From NCBI GenBank assembly GCA_041665625.1, contig JBAYIK010000002.1, positions 33,126 to 97,125 of the forward strand: a stretch of 64,000 nucleotides of DNA, written 5' to 3'. How positions within the stretch are numbered: position 1 is the first letter of the stretch; each line of letters opens with the position of its first letter. The translations under genes were made by a program, and so were the position numbers. The stretch is from Minisyncoccota bacterium. GTDB taxonomy: Bacteria; Patescibacteriota; Minisyncoccia; Phycocordibacterales; XYD1-FULL-46-19. The notes below the pieces were generated by a model. It saw only the letters and a program-made list of their open reading frames with translations. It had not been told where the DNA came from and did not search any database. Below are positions 8,974 through 16,867 of the stretch, one piece after another.

Positions 8974-10560
8974 ATGAAAGATAATAATATGGAAAAAATT
9001 ACAAAAATGGTTAAGGCAGTAATCTTCCCCAGAGTCTCTTCGAAGGAACAGGAGGAAACAGGTTACTCCCTAGACGCTCAGCAGGAGCTGTTGAAGAATT
9101 ATAGTGACAAGCACTCGTTTGAAGTGGCCAAGGCCTTTAGAGTTTCGGAATCGGCTAGTGGTAAAAAACAAAGGTCGACCTTCAACGAAATGATGGCCTA
9201 TATGGATAAGAACAAAATAAACATACTCGTCTGCGAAAAGGTCGACAGATTAACTCGTAATTTTAAGGACGCAATTTTTATTGATGAATGGCTTGATAAA
9301 AACGAAAATCGACAGATTCATTTAGTCAAAGACGGTATAGTCTTGCACAAGTATTCTAAATCACAAGAAAAGCTTAATTGGGGAATCAGGATACTGTTCG
9401 CCAAAAATTATACTGATAATCTTTCGGAGGAAGTTAAAAAAGGCCAAAAACAGAAGTCAAAGGAAGGGTGGCTACCAACAAAGCCACCGCTGGGTTATAG
9501 AACGATAGGAGAGAAGGGCCACAAGGTGCACGTTGTTGATGAGAAGGTTGCTCCTTATATCAAAAAAATGTTTGACCTTTATGCCACAGGCAACTACTCA
9601 ACAGACTCTTTGGGGGACAAAATGTATAAGCTTGGGCTAAGAAGCCGTGGTGGTTTTCGAGTAGTTAAAAGCAAGATTCACAAACTTCTCTCTGACCCCT
9701 TCTACTATGGAATGTTTGTCTGGAAAGGTGAGGTCTATCAAGGGAAGCACGAACCGTTAATTGATAAAGACCTCTTTGGCCAAGTCAGGGAAAAAATGAC
9801 CAGGGGTAGTGCTCCCTACCACAACAAACATTTTAAGGAATTAAGAGGTAAGATATTTTGTGGAAATTGTGGCAAGACTGTAACCTGGGAAAAACAGAAA
9901 GGCTCTTGGTATGGGGCTTGCAAACAGTGCAAAGCTCAACTAGCCGACAAGAGGCAATATATTAAACAAGAAAATGTTGAGAACTACTTGCTGGACCTTA
10001 TAATCGCTACAGCACCCAAAAACGAAAGGATTCTTGCTGTTCTTAACAAGGCCCTCAAAGAGAGTCATAGCGAAGAAATTATATATCACGAAACACAGGT
10101 CCAGAGTATAAACAATAGCCTTACTCGTATCCAACAGAGGAAAAAGGTTCTCTATGATGACCGCCTAGATGGTAGAATTTCTCCCTCTGAATATGACCAA
10201 AAAATTGAGGAGTTTAGGCAAGAAGAAACTGACTTAATAAATTCGCTAAGCAAATTGAAGTCTGACAACACAGAATACTATAGAGTTGGTATCGCCCTTC
10301 ACGAGCTCGCTCTACGAGCAAGAGAAATATATTTAAGCAAAAAGGCTACAGTGGAAGAGCGTCGCTTGCTCTTGTCTTACTCTTTCTCGAACGTCTCGGT
10401 TCTACGGGGAGATATAAGGGCAGAGTACACAAAAGCGTTCCAGTTTTTGATTGATTGGATGCCGAAGGTAAATGAAACTCTCGAACTCACAAAAGACGTT
10501 GAGAATAAACAACAAAAGAGCACTTTCGTGCCCTCTTGTCCTATCCTGCTCCGCGGGTAG
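8974..10560 (+). CDS. Large serine recombinase (integrase / resolvase family)
   Basis: The N-terminal catalytic domain VIFPRVSSKEQEE...ILVCEKVDRLTRN carries the catalytic Ser. A recombinase domain follows, then the zinc ribbon CGNCGK...CKQCK and a coiled-coil C-terminus. The stop codon 10558-10560 overlaps the 3' end of tRNA exon 2. Confidence 0.85.
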   Translation: MKDNNMEKITKMVKAVIFPRVSSKEQEETGYSLDAQQELLKNYSDKHSFEVAKAFRVSESASGKKQRSTFNEMMAYMDKNKINILVCEKVDRLTRNFKDAIFIDEWLDKNENRQIHLVKDGIVLHKYSKSQEKLNWGIRILFAKNYTDNLSEEVKKGQKQKSKEGWLPTKPPLGYRTIGEKGHKVHVVDEKVAPYIKKMFDLYATGNYSTDSLGDKMYKLGLRSRGGFRVVKSKIHKLLSDPFYYGMFVWKGEVYQGKHEPLIDKDLFGQVREKMTRGSAPYHNKHFKELRGKIFCGNCGKTVTWEKQKGSWYGACKQCKAQLADKRQYIKQENVENYLLDLIIATAPKNERILAVLNKALKESHSEEIIYHETQVQSINNSLTRIQQRKKVLYDDRLDGRISPSEYDQKIEEFRQEETDLINSLSKLKSDNTEYYRVGIALHELALRAREIYLSKKATVEERRLLLSYSFSNVSVLRGDIRAEYTKAFQFLIDWMPKVNETLELTKDVENKQQKSTFVPSCPILLRG

Positions 10561-10586
10561 GACTCGAACCTACGACCAACCCGTTA

Positions 10587-11133
10587 CACTAATCCTGATG
10601 TTTCCAAAAGGCGTGGACTATATCATCACCCGGTCTGGGTGCAAGGCGCTTCCCCCGTACTTACGGAGTACTCTCTTTCGAGATAGTCTCTGAACCTTCC
10701 CTCTGATTTCTCTCGGGGCTTGGCTGCTGATTACCCTCGTCTTGACGTTAGGGCTTCCAGCAATTCACCTTGTTATTCATTCCTAAATTCCTTTAGGAAG
10801 CTGCGTAATACCTTCGTGTACTTCCATGTGACAATTAGCGCAAAGCAAAACGCATTTAGCAATCTCCTTCTCTATCTTCTCCCAAGATCTAGTTAATCCT
10901 CTTACAGATAAACCGAAATCTTTTTTCTTAGGATCAATATGATGAAAACTGAGAGCGCTCTGACTCTTAGAATAACCACATATCGCACACTTGCTACCTT
11001 TTGACGCACGAGCCATTTCTCTTAATTTTTTACGACGAAGAGATACAGCTTGGCGCAAATAGACAGCACGGTCTTTATAAGTTCTTTTGTCTGGCATACT
11101 CATACAAGTATACCATATTTGAACTCATGTGAC
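10587..11133 (-). other. Group I intron in the tRNA anticodon loop, carrying an HNH endonuclease ORF
   Basis: Reading the minus strand after the ORF: P-like gaattgctggaag, Q-like aatcagcagcc, R element GTTCAGAGACTAT (forward 10683-10696) and S element GATATAGTCCACGC (forward 10611-10624). P7 pairs GACTA with TAGTC. The 5' splice follows a U and the 3' splice follows a G. Confidence 0.7.
10783..11103 (-). CDS. HNH homing endonuclease encoded inside the group I intron
   Basis: 106-aa ORF with CAICGYS...HHIDPKK...CANCHMEVH, which is an HNH motif with a zinc-finger-like Cys/His arrangement. It lies between the intron 5' end and the P3-P9 core. Confidence 0.75.
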   Translation of the reverse strand: MSMPDKRTYKDRAVYLRQAVSLRRKKLREMARASKGSKCAICGYSKSQSALSFHHIDPKKKDFGLSVRGLTRSWEKIEKEIAKCVLLCANCHMEVHEGITQLPKGI

Positions 11134-11262
11134 ACAGCGGGCCGCTCTACCAACTGAGCTACCGCGGAATATAATTTTTAAGGAACTCCTCAATTTTAAA
11201 CAAAAAAGACGAAAAAGGCAAGGATTCAAAACCTCTCGATTTTATGGCTTTTTCCTGTATAA

Positions 11263-13026
11263 TTGGCCCATATGAAATGGAACCTAAAACCCTTATTTAA
11301 GAGCGATACTGACCCCAATATCGCCAAGAAGCAGGCCGAGTCAGTGAAAGCTAGTTATGTCTTTATTAACAAATGGCGAATTCGTAAAGATTATTTGAGT
11401 GACCCTAAAGTGCTCGCGGTCGCCCTCAAGGAGTTCGAAGCCTGGGACGCGCAATCTGGCACCAACGACCAAGTCTGCTATTACTTCTCTCTCCGTGGTG
11501 AATTAGAGAAGGGCAACGCCAAGATCAAGGCCAGTTTCAATCAGGCTAAAGATGTCGCGGTTAAGATTGATAATGATATTCAGTTTTTTACTCTTAACTT
11601 AAGTAAAATTGGAGTAACAACTCAAAAAAAATTCCTCAAGGCGCCAGAGCTTACCCCCTATCACCAATTACTTAAAAAACTTTTTGAGACCGGGCGCTAT
11701 ACCAAGTCTGACGCCGAAGAAAAAATTATTAATCAACTCTCTGACACTAGTTACCACCGCTGGGTTGAACTTATCGAATCACTCCTCGCCGAAGAAGAAC
11801 GTGGGGGCAAAAACTTTCCCACCCTTCTCTCCGAATGTGCTAACCAGGATAAAAAGAAGCGAGATCAAGCCAGCCAAGCAGCCAATGAGATCCTCGCCAC
11901 TTGGGCCCCCGTCGCCGAACAAGAATTAAACGCTGTTCTCGAACACAAAAAGACCATGGATCAAATCCGTGGCGCCGAAGAGCCCGAAACACTTCGTCTC
12001 TTAGGTGACGATATTGATAAAAAGACAGTTGAGGCCATGCTTGAAGCGGTTGAGGATAATTTCAAGCTAGCCAAACGTTACCACCAGCTCAAAGCTAAAT
12101 TACTTAAGCAAAAGAAAATTAGCTATTTCGAGCGTGGAGTACCAGTGGGGAAAATTAACAAAAAGTGGGCCTTCCTTGACGCCCAAAATTTAGTTCAAAA
12201 TCAATTAGCAAAGCTTGATCCCGAACTCGGCCAAATTTTTACTAGCTTTATTAAAAACGGCCAGATCGACGTCTTGCCTAAAAAGGGCAAAAGAGGAGGA
12301 GCCTTCTGTATTAGTCATTCTCCCACTCTCCCAACCTATATTCTTCTTAATTACACTGGAGAATGGCGCGACGTTAAAACTCTCGCTCACGAAGTGGGAC
12401 ATGGTATTAACAATGAGCTCATTCGCAAAAACAGCCGCCCCATTTATTTTGGCACTCCCATCTCCACGGCTGAAGTGGCGAGCACCTTCTTCGAAGACAT
12501 TGTGTTAGAATCTTCAAGAGAAAATGTGTCTGAACAAGAAAAATTAACCTTAATGATGGCCAAGCTTGATGACGAGATTGGTACCATCTTCCGCCAAGTG
12601 GCGGCTTACCGCTTCGAACAAACTCTACACAAGACTTATCGTGAACAAGGCTATCTGTCTAAAGAAGTTATCGGCAAAATGTGGCTGGCCGAGATGAAAA
12701 AATATTTAGGCGAAGCCGTGACTTATCCCAAAGGTAGCGAGAATTGGTGGGTACACTGGAGCCACTTCCGCAACTTCTTCTACGTCTATTCTTATGCCTC
12801 GGGCCTCCTGATCGCCAAAGCCCTGCAAGCTAAAGTAAGAGAAAATCCGAAATTTATAAAAGAAGTAAAAATCTTTCTCAGCACCGGCACCGCCAAGAGC
12901 CCCAAAGATATTTTTTCTGAGCTTGGCCTTAACATCGAAGATCCTAAATTCTGGCAAGCCGGCCTTAATCAATTTGCCAAGCTTCTGAGTGAAGCTGAGA
13001 AATTAGCTAAGAAAATCAAACTCTAA
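11263..13026 (+). CDS. pepF: Oligoendopeptidase F (M3B family)
   Basis: 587 aa with the HExxH zinc motif TLAHEVGHGINNE and typical M3 architecture. Confidence 0.8.
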   Translation: MAHMKWNLKPLFKSDTDPNIAKKQAESVKASYVFINKWRIRKDYLSDPKVLAVALKEFEAWDAQSGTNDQVCYYFSLRGELEKGNAKIKASFNQAKDVAVKIDNDIQFFTLNLSKIGVTTQKKFLKAPELTPYHQLLKKLFETGRYTKSDAEEKIINQLSDTSYHRWVELIESLLAEEERGGKNFPTLLSECANQDKKKRDQASQAANEILATWAPVAEQELNAVLEHKKTMDQIRGAEEPETLRLLGDDIDKKTVEAMLEAVEDNFKLAKRYHQLKAKLLKQKKISYFERGVPVGKINKKWAFLDAQNLVQNQLAKLDPELGQIFTSFIKNGQIDVLPKKGKRGGAFCISHSPTLPTYILLNYTGEWRDVKTLAHEVGHGINNELIRKNSRPIYFGTPISTAEVASTFFEDIVLESSRENVSEQEKLTLMMAKLDDEIGTIFRQVAAYRFEQTLHKTYREQGYLSKEVIGKMWLAEMKKYLGEAVTYPKGSENWWVHWSHFRNFFYVYSYASGLLIAKALQAKVRENPKFIKEVKIFLSTGTAKSPKDIFSELGLNIEDPKFWQAGLNQFAKLLSEAEKLAKKIKL

Positions 13027-13044
13027 TTTGTATTAAAAAAACAA

Positions 13045-13079
13045 GAGCCCCGGCCACAGACAAGCTGCGACAGGGGCTC
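13045..13079. terminator. Bidirectional terminator hairpin between convergent pepF and the 13114-13404 gene
   Basis: GAGCCCC ... GGGGCTC stem. An A-tract sits on the plus side and a T-tract on the minus side. Confidence 0.4.
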
Positions 13080-13113
13080 GACGAACTGGACTAGACCGAT
13101 GCCGGAGCACTGG

Positions 13114-13404
13114 CTAGTATAGCTTCTGGGACAAGGCCCTCCCCCCGAAGAGAAGGACGGCCCCGCCAAACAAGAAGCCTATGATATACTTGGGTCCACC
13201 GCAAGTGTCGACGAAGTCGACATGGCTCATGAAGAGAGAGATGACAAAAGTGATCGGAGAGATCACCCCGTGCCACACTCCAACCAAGAAGCCGGGGGAC
13301 GACTCTTCGCCAGCCTGGGGGAGAATACTTGAACCCCAGATTCCCACTGCTCCACCAAACAGGGCAAGCAAGAGGATGGGAGGAAACAAGAAATGCTTCT
13401 TCAT
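13114..13404 (-). CDS. Hypothetical small membrane protein, 96 aa
   Basis: Two predicted TM helices and a Gly-rich sequence. Confidence 0.45.
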   Translation of the reverse strand: MKKHFLFPPILLLALFGGAVGIWGSSILPQAGEESSPGFLVGVWHGVISPITFVISLFMSHVDFVDTCGGPKYIIGFLFGGAVLLFGGRALSQKLY

Positions 13405-13554
13405 GATGTGTCCTTTCTTGAGGGCTTAATACCCATGTTTTCGAAGATCACCCTTCCTCTTTAATTGTAGCACAATAGCCACCTTTTGTCAACCTATCCC
13501 CTATTTGAGGCTTGCTGAAAAGAAGAAATAAAGGTAAATTATAAGGGCTTGTGG

Positions 13555-13625
13555 GGGCCTATAGTCTAGTGGTACGACGCTACATTCGCATTGTAGAGGC
13601 GCGAGTCCGATTCTCGCTAGGTCCA
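13555..13625 (+). tRNA. tRNA-Ala(CGC)
   Basis: Acceptor GGGCCTA pairs with TAGGTCC through a G3-U70 wobble, which is the alanine identity element. Anticodon loop TTCGCAT, T-arm GCGAG-TCCGATT-CTCGC, discriminator A. Confidence 0.75.
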
Positions 13626-13664
13626 CAAAAATAAGGAGCAAGGCGACGCCACTCCCTTATTTTT

Positions 13665-13738
13665 GCACCTTTAGCTCAGTTGGTTAGAGCGTACGATTCA
13701 CATTCGTAAGGTCGCAGGTTCGAACCCTGCAAGGTGCA
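13665..13738 (+). tRNA. tRNA-Val(CAC)
   Basis: GCACCTTTAGCTCAGTTGGTTAGAGC... with anticodon loop TTCACAT, T-arm GGTTCGAACCC, acceptor AAGGTGC and discriminator A. Confidence 0.8.
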
Positions 13739-13743
13739 CCCGA

Positions 13744-14172
13744 TTAAACGTCCCTTTCCATTCTTATCTCATCTGGTTGGAGCAGGCCTTTAGCACGTAG
13801 ATCTTGAAGCTTTTCCTCGGGCAACATTTTAAAACCAATTTTATCGTGAGCTCTGACAGAAGCGGAATTACTCTTCTCGATTGTGGCATAAAGGGTCTTC
13901 AAACTGTGGAGCTCAATCATTCGATCATAAATTTTACCAATCAAACCCTTACCCCGGAAAGCGGGGGCTAAAAGAATCTGAACAAAACCCGTATCGGACA
14001 TATTCTCCGCTGGGATAAAGCCAACTATCCCCGCCTGATCGCCATCAACAAAAACGGTGTGGTAAAATTTCTCAGTCTTCATTGTCGGAGCCTCGATCCG
14101 ACGGTTATCAGGCAAGGACTCAAAAAACTCTTGATTAAAATCTCCCAAACTTATCTCAAAATAATCACTAAA
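13744..14172 (-). CDS. GNAT family N-acetyltransferase
   Basis: Acetyl-CoA binding motif region VQILLAPAFRGKGLIGKIY. The start is taken at the internal Met of MFSDYFE. The ORF track extends to 14244. Confidence 0.65.
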   Translation of the reverse strand, partial: FSDYFEISLGDFNQEFFESLPDNRRIEAPTMKTEKFYHTVFVDGDQAGIVGFIPAENMSDTGFVQILLAPAFRGKGLIGKIYDRMIELHSLKTLYATIEKSNSASVRAHDKIGFKMLPEEKLQDLRAKGLLQPDEIRMERDV

Positions 14173-14217
14173 CATAAAGTCTTTTGTTAAGTTATAAACT
14201 GTGCTAATTTTAACATA

Positions 14218-14754
14218 ATGAAAAACGAAAAAGAAATAGCCCATATTCTTAAAACCGGCGGGGTGGGAGTCATCCCGACTGATACCCTATACGGTCTGGT
14301 AGCCCAAGCCCTCGACAAAAAAGCTGTCACTAGGGTGAGAAGGCTTAAGAGCCGGGGGCCAAGTAAACCCTTTATTATTCTTATTTCTTCAATCCGAGAT
14401 TTAGAAAAATTCAAAATAAAACTAGATCCTGAGAGTAAGAAGATTTTAACCAAAATTTGGCCCGGGCCAGTCAGTGTCGCTTTTAACAAAAAGCTTTCCT
14501 TCCGCCTTCCAAAGAATAAATTCCTAAATGAGTTAATTAAAAAGACGGGACCACTCATTGCCCCCTCAGCTAACCCCGAGGGATCCCCACCGGCTTCGAC
14601 AATCTCTGACGCCAGAAATTATTTCGGCACTAAAATAGATTTTTATTTATCAAATGGCAAAAAATTAGCCGGACAACCCTCGACATTAATTAGTTTAAAA
14701 AAAGGTCAAATAGAAATATTAAGATATGGAAAATATAAATTACGAGGAATTTAG
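14218..14754 (+). CDS. tsaC: L-threonylcarbamoyladenylate synthase (YrdC/Sua5 family)
   Basis: IPTDTLYGL motif and YrdC-like length. Confidence 0.8.
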   Translation: MKNEKEIAHILKTGGVGVIPTDTLYGLVAQALDKKAVTRVRRLKSRGPSKPFIILISSIRDLEKFKIKLDPESKKILTKIWPGPVSVAFNKKLSFRLPKNKFLNELIKKTGPLIAPSANPEGSPPASTISDARNYFGTKIDFYLSNGKKLAGQPSTLISLKKGQIEILRYGKYKLRGI

Positions 14755-15055
14755 TAAAGTAAAATTAAGAATTGTGGAGATCGTCTCAGCCGAGAGGGTT
14801 GAGGGCTCAGACAAACTACTGAAGCTCGAGGTAAATATGGGAGACGAAAAACGACAAATTATTGCGGGCATTGGCAAAGCCTACGAACCAGAAAAATTAG
14901 TTGGAAAAAAGATCGTCATCGTCGCAAATTTAGAACCGAGGAAATTAATGGGGCTAGAAAGTCAGGGCATGCTCTTGGCGGCCTCAACCGAAAATGAGGG
15001 GCCAGTTCTCCTTATCCCAGACGCCGATATCACCTCGGGAGCCGAAATTCGCTAG
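14726..15055 (+). CDS. tRNA-binding domain protein (CsaA / Trbp111-like)
   Basis: 109 aa with an EMAP/MetRS C-terminal-like OB fold: KVKLRIVEIVSAERVEGSDKLLKLEV. Confidence 0.65.
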   Translation: MENINYEEFSKVKLRIVEIVSAERVEGSDKLLKLEVNMGDEKRQIIAGIGKAYEPEKLVGKKIVIVANLEPRKLMGLESQGMLLAASTENEGPVLLIPDADITSGAEIR

Positions 15056-15137
15056 ATATGGCCTCATTTGGAGAGATTTTGACTTAGCTAATCTTTCCTT
15101 TATAATGGGGTAAATTATAAGGTTAATCAAAATTATT

Positions 15138-15989
15138 ATGGAAGAAAGCAAAAGTTCCTGGTTAGTGCCCGTTGCAATTATTGTCTGCATCCTGCTTATC
15201 GGCGGTGCTGTTTATTTTAAAGATAAATCTGGGACCACCAGTGGGAATAACGCCAGTTCAACTGGAGCGGCCAGCCAAGCCTTAGATAAAATTCTTACCT
15301 TAGACGATGGTCGCGGTGGAATCTTCGACGTTAATCAATTCGACTTAAGCAAATTACGACCTGTCGATAATACAGATCATATCTTGGGTAATGCCAACGC
15401 TCCGGTTAAAATTATTGCCTACACCGATCTAGAGTGCCCAGCCTGTAAGTATTATCACACCCAACTCAAAGGTCTTGAGGCCAAATATGTCGCTACTGGC
15501 AAATTGGCTATTGTCTACCGTCCTTTCCCGCTTGATCAAATTCACTCCAAAGTTCGCGCTGAATTCTTAGCCGCCGAATGTGTGAATGAACTTGGTGGCA
15601 ATGACAAGTACTGGCAATTCGTAGATAAAATTTTTGAAATTACCCCATCCAATAATGGACTCGATCCAGTCAAACTCGGCGAGACCGCCAAGGCACTAGG
15701 TATCAACATGAAGAGCTTCGACGCCTGCGTTGCCGCCAACAAATACGCTGACAAGATCCAGAAGGGTGAGGACGAGGCCATGGCCCTCCGTGCCCCTGGT
15801 ACCCCAACCACCTTCATCATTGATCCTCAAGGCGGTATCTCCCCCCGTGGTTTTGCTTACCAAAGCGAGGCCCTTTCTGCCGCTGTTGACCTCCTCTTAA
15901 CCCTCCCTGCCACAACCGCTCCCGCCGCTGTTGCTCCTGTTGCCACCACCACTGGTGCTGTCGCCGGGACAAGTACGGCGACCCAGTAA
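15138..15989 (+). CDS. DsbA-like thiol:disulfide oxidoreductase, membrane-anchored
   Basis: N-terminal TM helix, the thioredoxin active site CPACKYYH, and a Thr/Ala/Pro-rich C-terminal tail. Confidence 0.7.
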   Translation: MEESKSSWLVPVAIIVCILLIGGAVYFKDKSGTTSGNNASSTGAASQALDKILTLDDGRGGIFDVNQFDLSKLRPVDNTDHILGNANAPVKIIAYTDLECPACKYYHTQLKGLEAKYVATGKLAIVYRPFPLDQIHSKVRAEFLAAECVNELGGNDKYWQFVDKIFEITPSNNGLDPVKLGETAKALGINMKSFDACVAANKYADKIQKGEDEAMALRAPGTPTTFIIDPQGGISPRGFAYQSEALSAAVDLLLTLPATTAPAAVAPVATTTGAVAGTSTATQ

Positions 15990-16002
15990 AAAACTCAAAT
16001 TA

Positions 16003-16135
16003 ACTCAGCCAAACAACACAGAAAACCCCTCCAGCGAGGGGTTTTCTTACGTTTCGTCATGGCCATTTTGTCATAGTTCTGCGAACAAAGGATGACAAAA
16101 ACCGGCTGGCCATAACTACACGAGGTTGTTTGACT
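16003..16135. repeat. Palindromic MITE-like repeat, copy A. It is diverged and in inverted orientation relative to copies B, C and D.
   Basis: caaacaacacagaaaacc plus the hairpin AAAACCCCTCCAGCGAGGGGTTTT (16022-16045) plus ggccattttgtcat...atgacaaaaaccggctggcc...cgaggttgtttgac. Each segment aligns to the reverse complement of the 187-bp element at 45437 and 48706. It lies directly after the DsbA-like gene stop. Confidence 0.6.
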
Positions 16136-16245
16136 GAATTAATTCTCGCTTAATTAAACGAGACCTCACTTTAACGAACAACAGAAAAGCCCCACACGTC
16201 GTGCGCGCGAGACCTCTCTCACGCACCCCGTGTGGGGCCGCTAAA

Positions 16246-16683
16246 TCATTGGGACGGGTCATTCAGCTTCGGGCTAAACGTCCCGTCAATGTCGAACTCC
16301 TTACCTTCGACCAGCAGCTCGAGAGGGATCTTCCTAACCACCCGTTCCCCATAGCCATGTGGCCCGGGGATCTGGAGCAAGGCCGTACCGTCTGACCCAT
16401 TGACGACGTGGACAACCTTGTAGTGCCCAGACGAAAGGTCGTCGTATGTCAGGTACAGGTGGTCTTCCTTGTACTGGATGACCTGCCCCCTGTGGATGGA
16501 CTGAAGCTCGGCCAGGACGGCCTTGTCTTCGACACCCCATCTCGCCTGAAAAATGATGACGGAAAGGAGGGTGATGAAGACAAGGATGGAGACATCGGAT
16601 ATCCACCGAAGGCTCTGCCTCATCTTCACGAGTTCCCCCTTTACTACCTCCTCAAAACTCTTTTCTTCGGGCTTCTCTGCCAT
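16246..16683 (-). CDS. Hypothetical single-TM protein; GC-rich, probably a foreign gene
   Basis: 145 aa with a strong SD (AAGGAG) 8 nt before the ATG. Local GC is well above the surroundings. It is bracketed by repeat copies A and B. Confidence 0.55.
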   Translation of the reverse strand: MAEKPEEKSFEEVVKGELVKMRQSLRWISDVSILVFITLLSVIIFQARWGVEDKAVLAELQSIHRGQVIQYKEDHLYLTYDDLSSGHYKVVHVVNGSDGTALLQIPGPHGYGERVVRKIPLELLVEGKEFDIDGTFSPKLNDPSQ

Positions 16684-16811
16684 GATGGAATTCTCCTTCC
16701 GTTTTGGCGTACTTTTCCATTGTCAGACTCACACGAGCCATAACTTTCTGCCCATTATTATGCACCTATTAAAGCTATTTGTCAATATAAACGTAATGTC
16801 AGCTCCGATAA

Positions 16812-16865
16812 GAAAACCCCTCGCTGGAGGGGTTTTCTGTGTTGTTTTATTGGCTAAGCCGAGCG
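16812..16865. repeat. Palindromic MITE-like repeat, copy B: a partial right end containing a terminator hairpin
   Basis: gaaaacccctcgctggaggggttttctgtgttgttttattggctaagccgagcg matches the right end of the 187-bp element. It lies directly after the rpoD stop. Confidence 0.6.
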
Positions 16866-16867
16866 GT

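Larger units (their letters stand above)
3089..10596. mobile_element. Putative integrative island headed by the serine recombinase. The right end is at the tRNA 3' exon and the left boundary is undetermined.
   Basis: The recombinase gene converges on and overlaps the tRNA 3' end. The cargo is all accessory: PLD nuclease, SHOCT protein and an unknown two-gene module. No direct-repeat left end was found. Serine integrases use short core sites. Confidence 0.3.
10549..11168 (-). tRNA. Split tRNA, most likely tRNA-Asn(GUU). Exon 1 is 11134-11168 (positions 1-35), the intron is 10587-11133, and exon 2 is 10549-10586 (positions 36-73).
   Basis: The minus-strand 5' half TCCGCGGTAGCTCAGTTGGTAGAGCGGCCCGCTGT gives acceptor, D-arm and the anticodon-stem 5' strand. 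The minus-strand 3' half TAACGGGTTGGTCGTAGGTTCGAGTCCTACCCGCGGAG gives the anticodon-stem 3' strand, variable loop, T-arm GGTTCGAGTCC, an acceptor CCGCGGA that pairs perfectly with TCCGCGG, and discriminator G. The exon junction U35|U36 follows a U and is preceded by an omega-G at 10587. An alternative junction after U33 (omega-G at 10589) would give Thr(UGU). The G73 discriminator and similarity to E. coli tRNA-Asn favour Asn. Confidence 0.7.

Noticed and set aside
10549-11168. Reading the split tRNA as tRNA-His (anticodon GUG from the exon-1 side CUGUGUC)
   Set aside because: That would require the anticodon loop to be contiguous in exon 1, but the pairing partner of the anticodon stem is 547 nt away. 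There is no G-1 and the discriminator is G rather than C. Splice-site rules (U before the intron, G before exon 2) give GUU or UGU instead.
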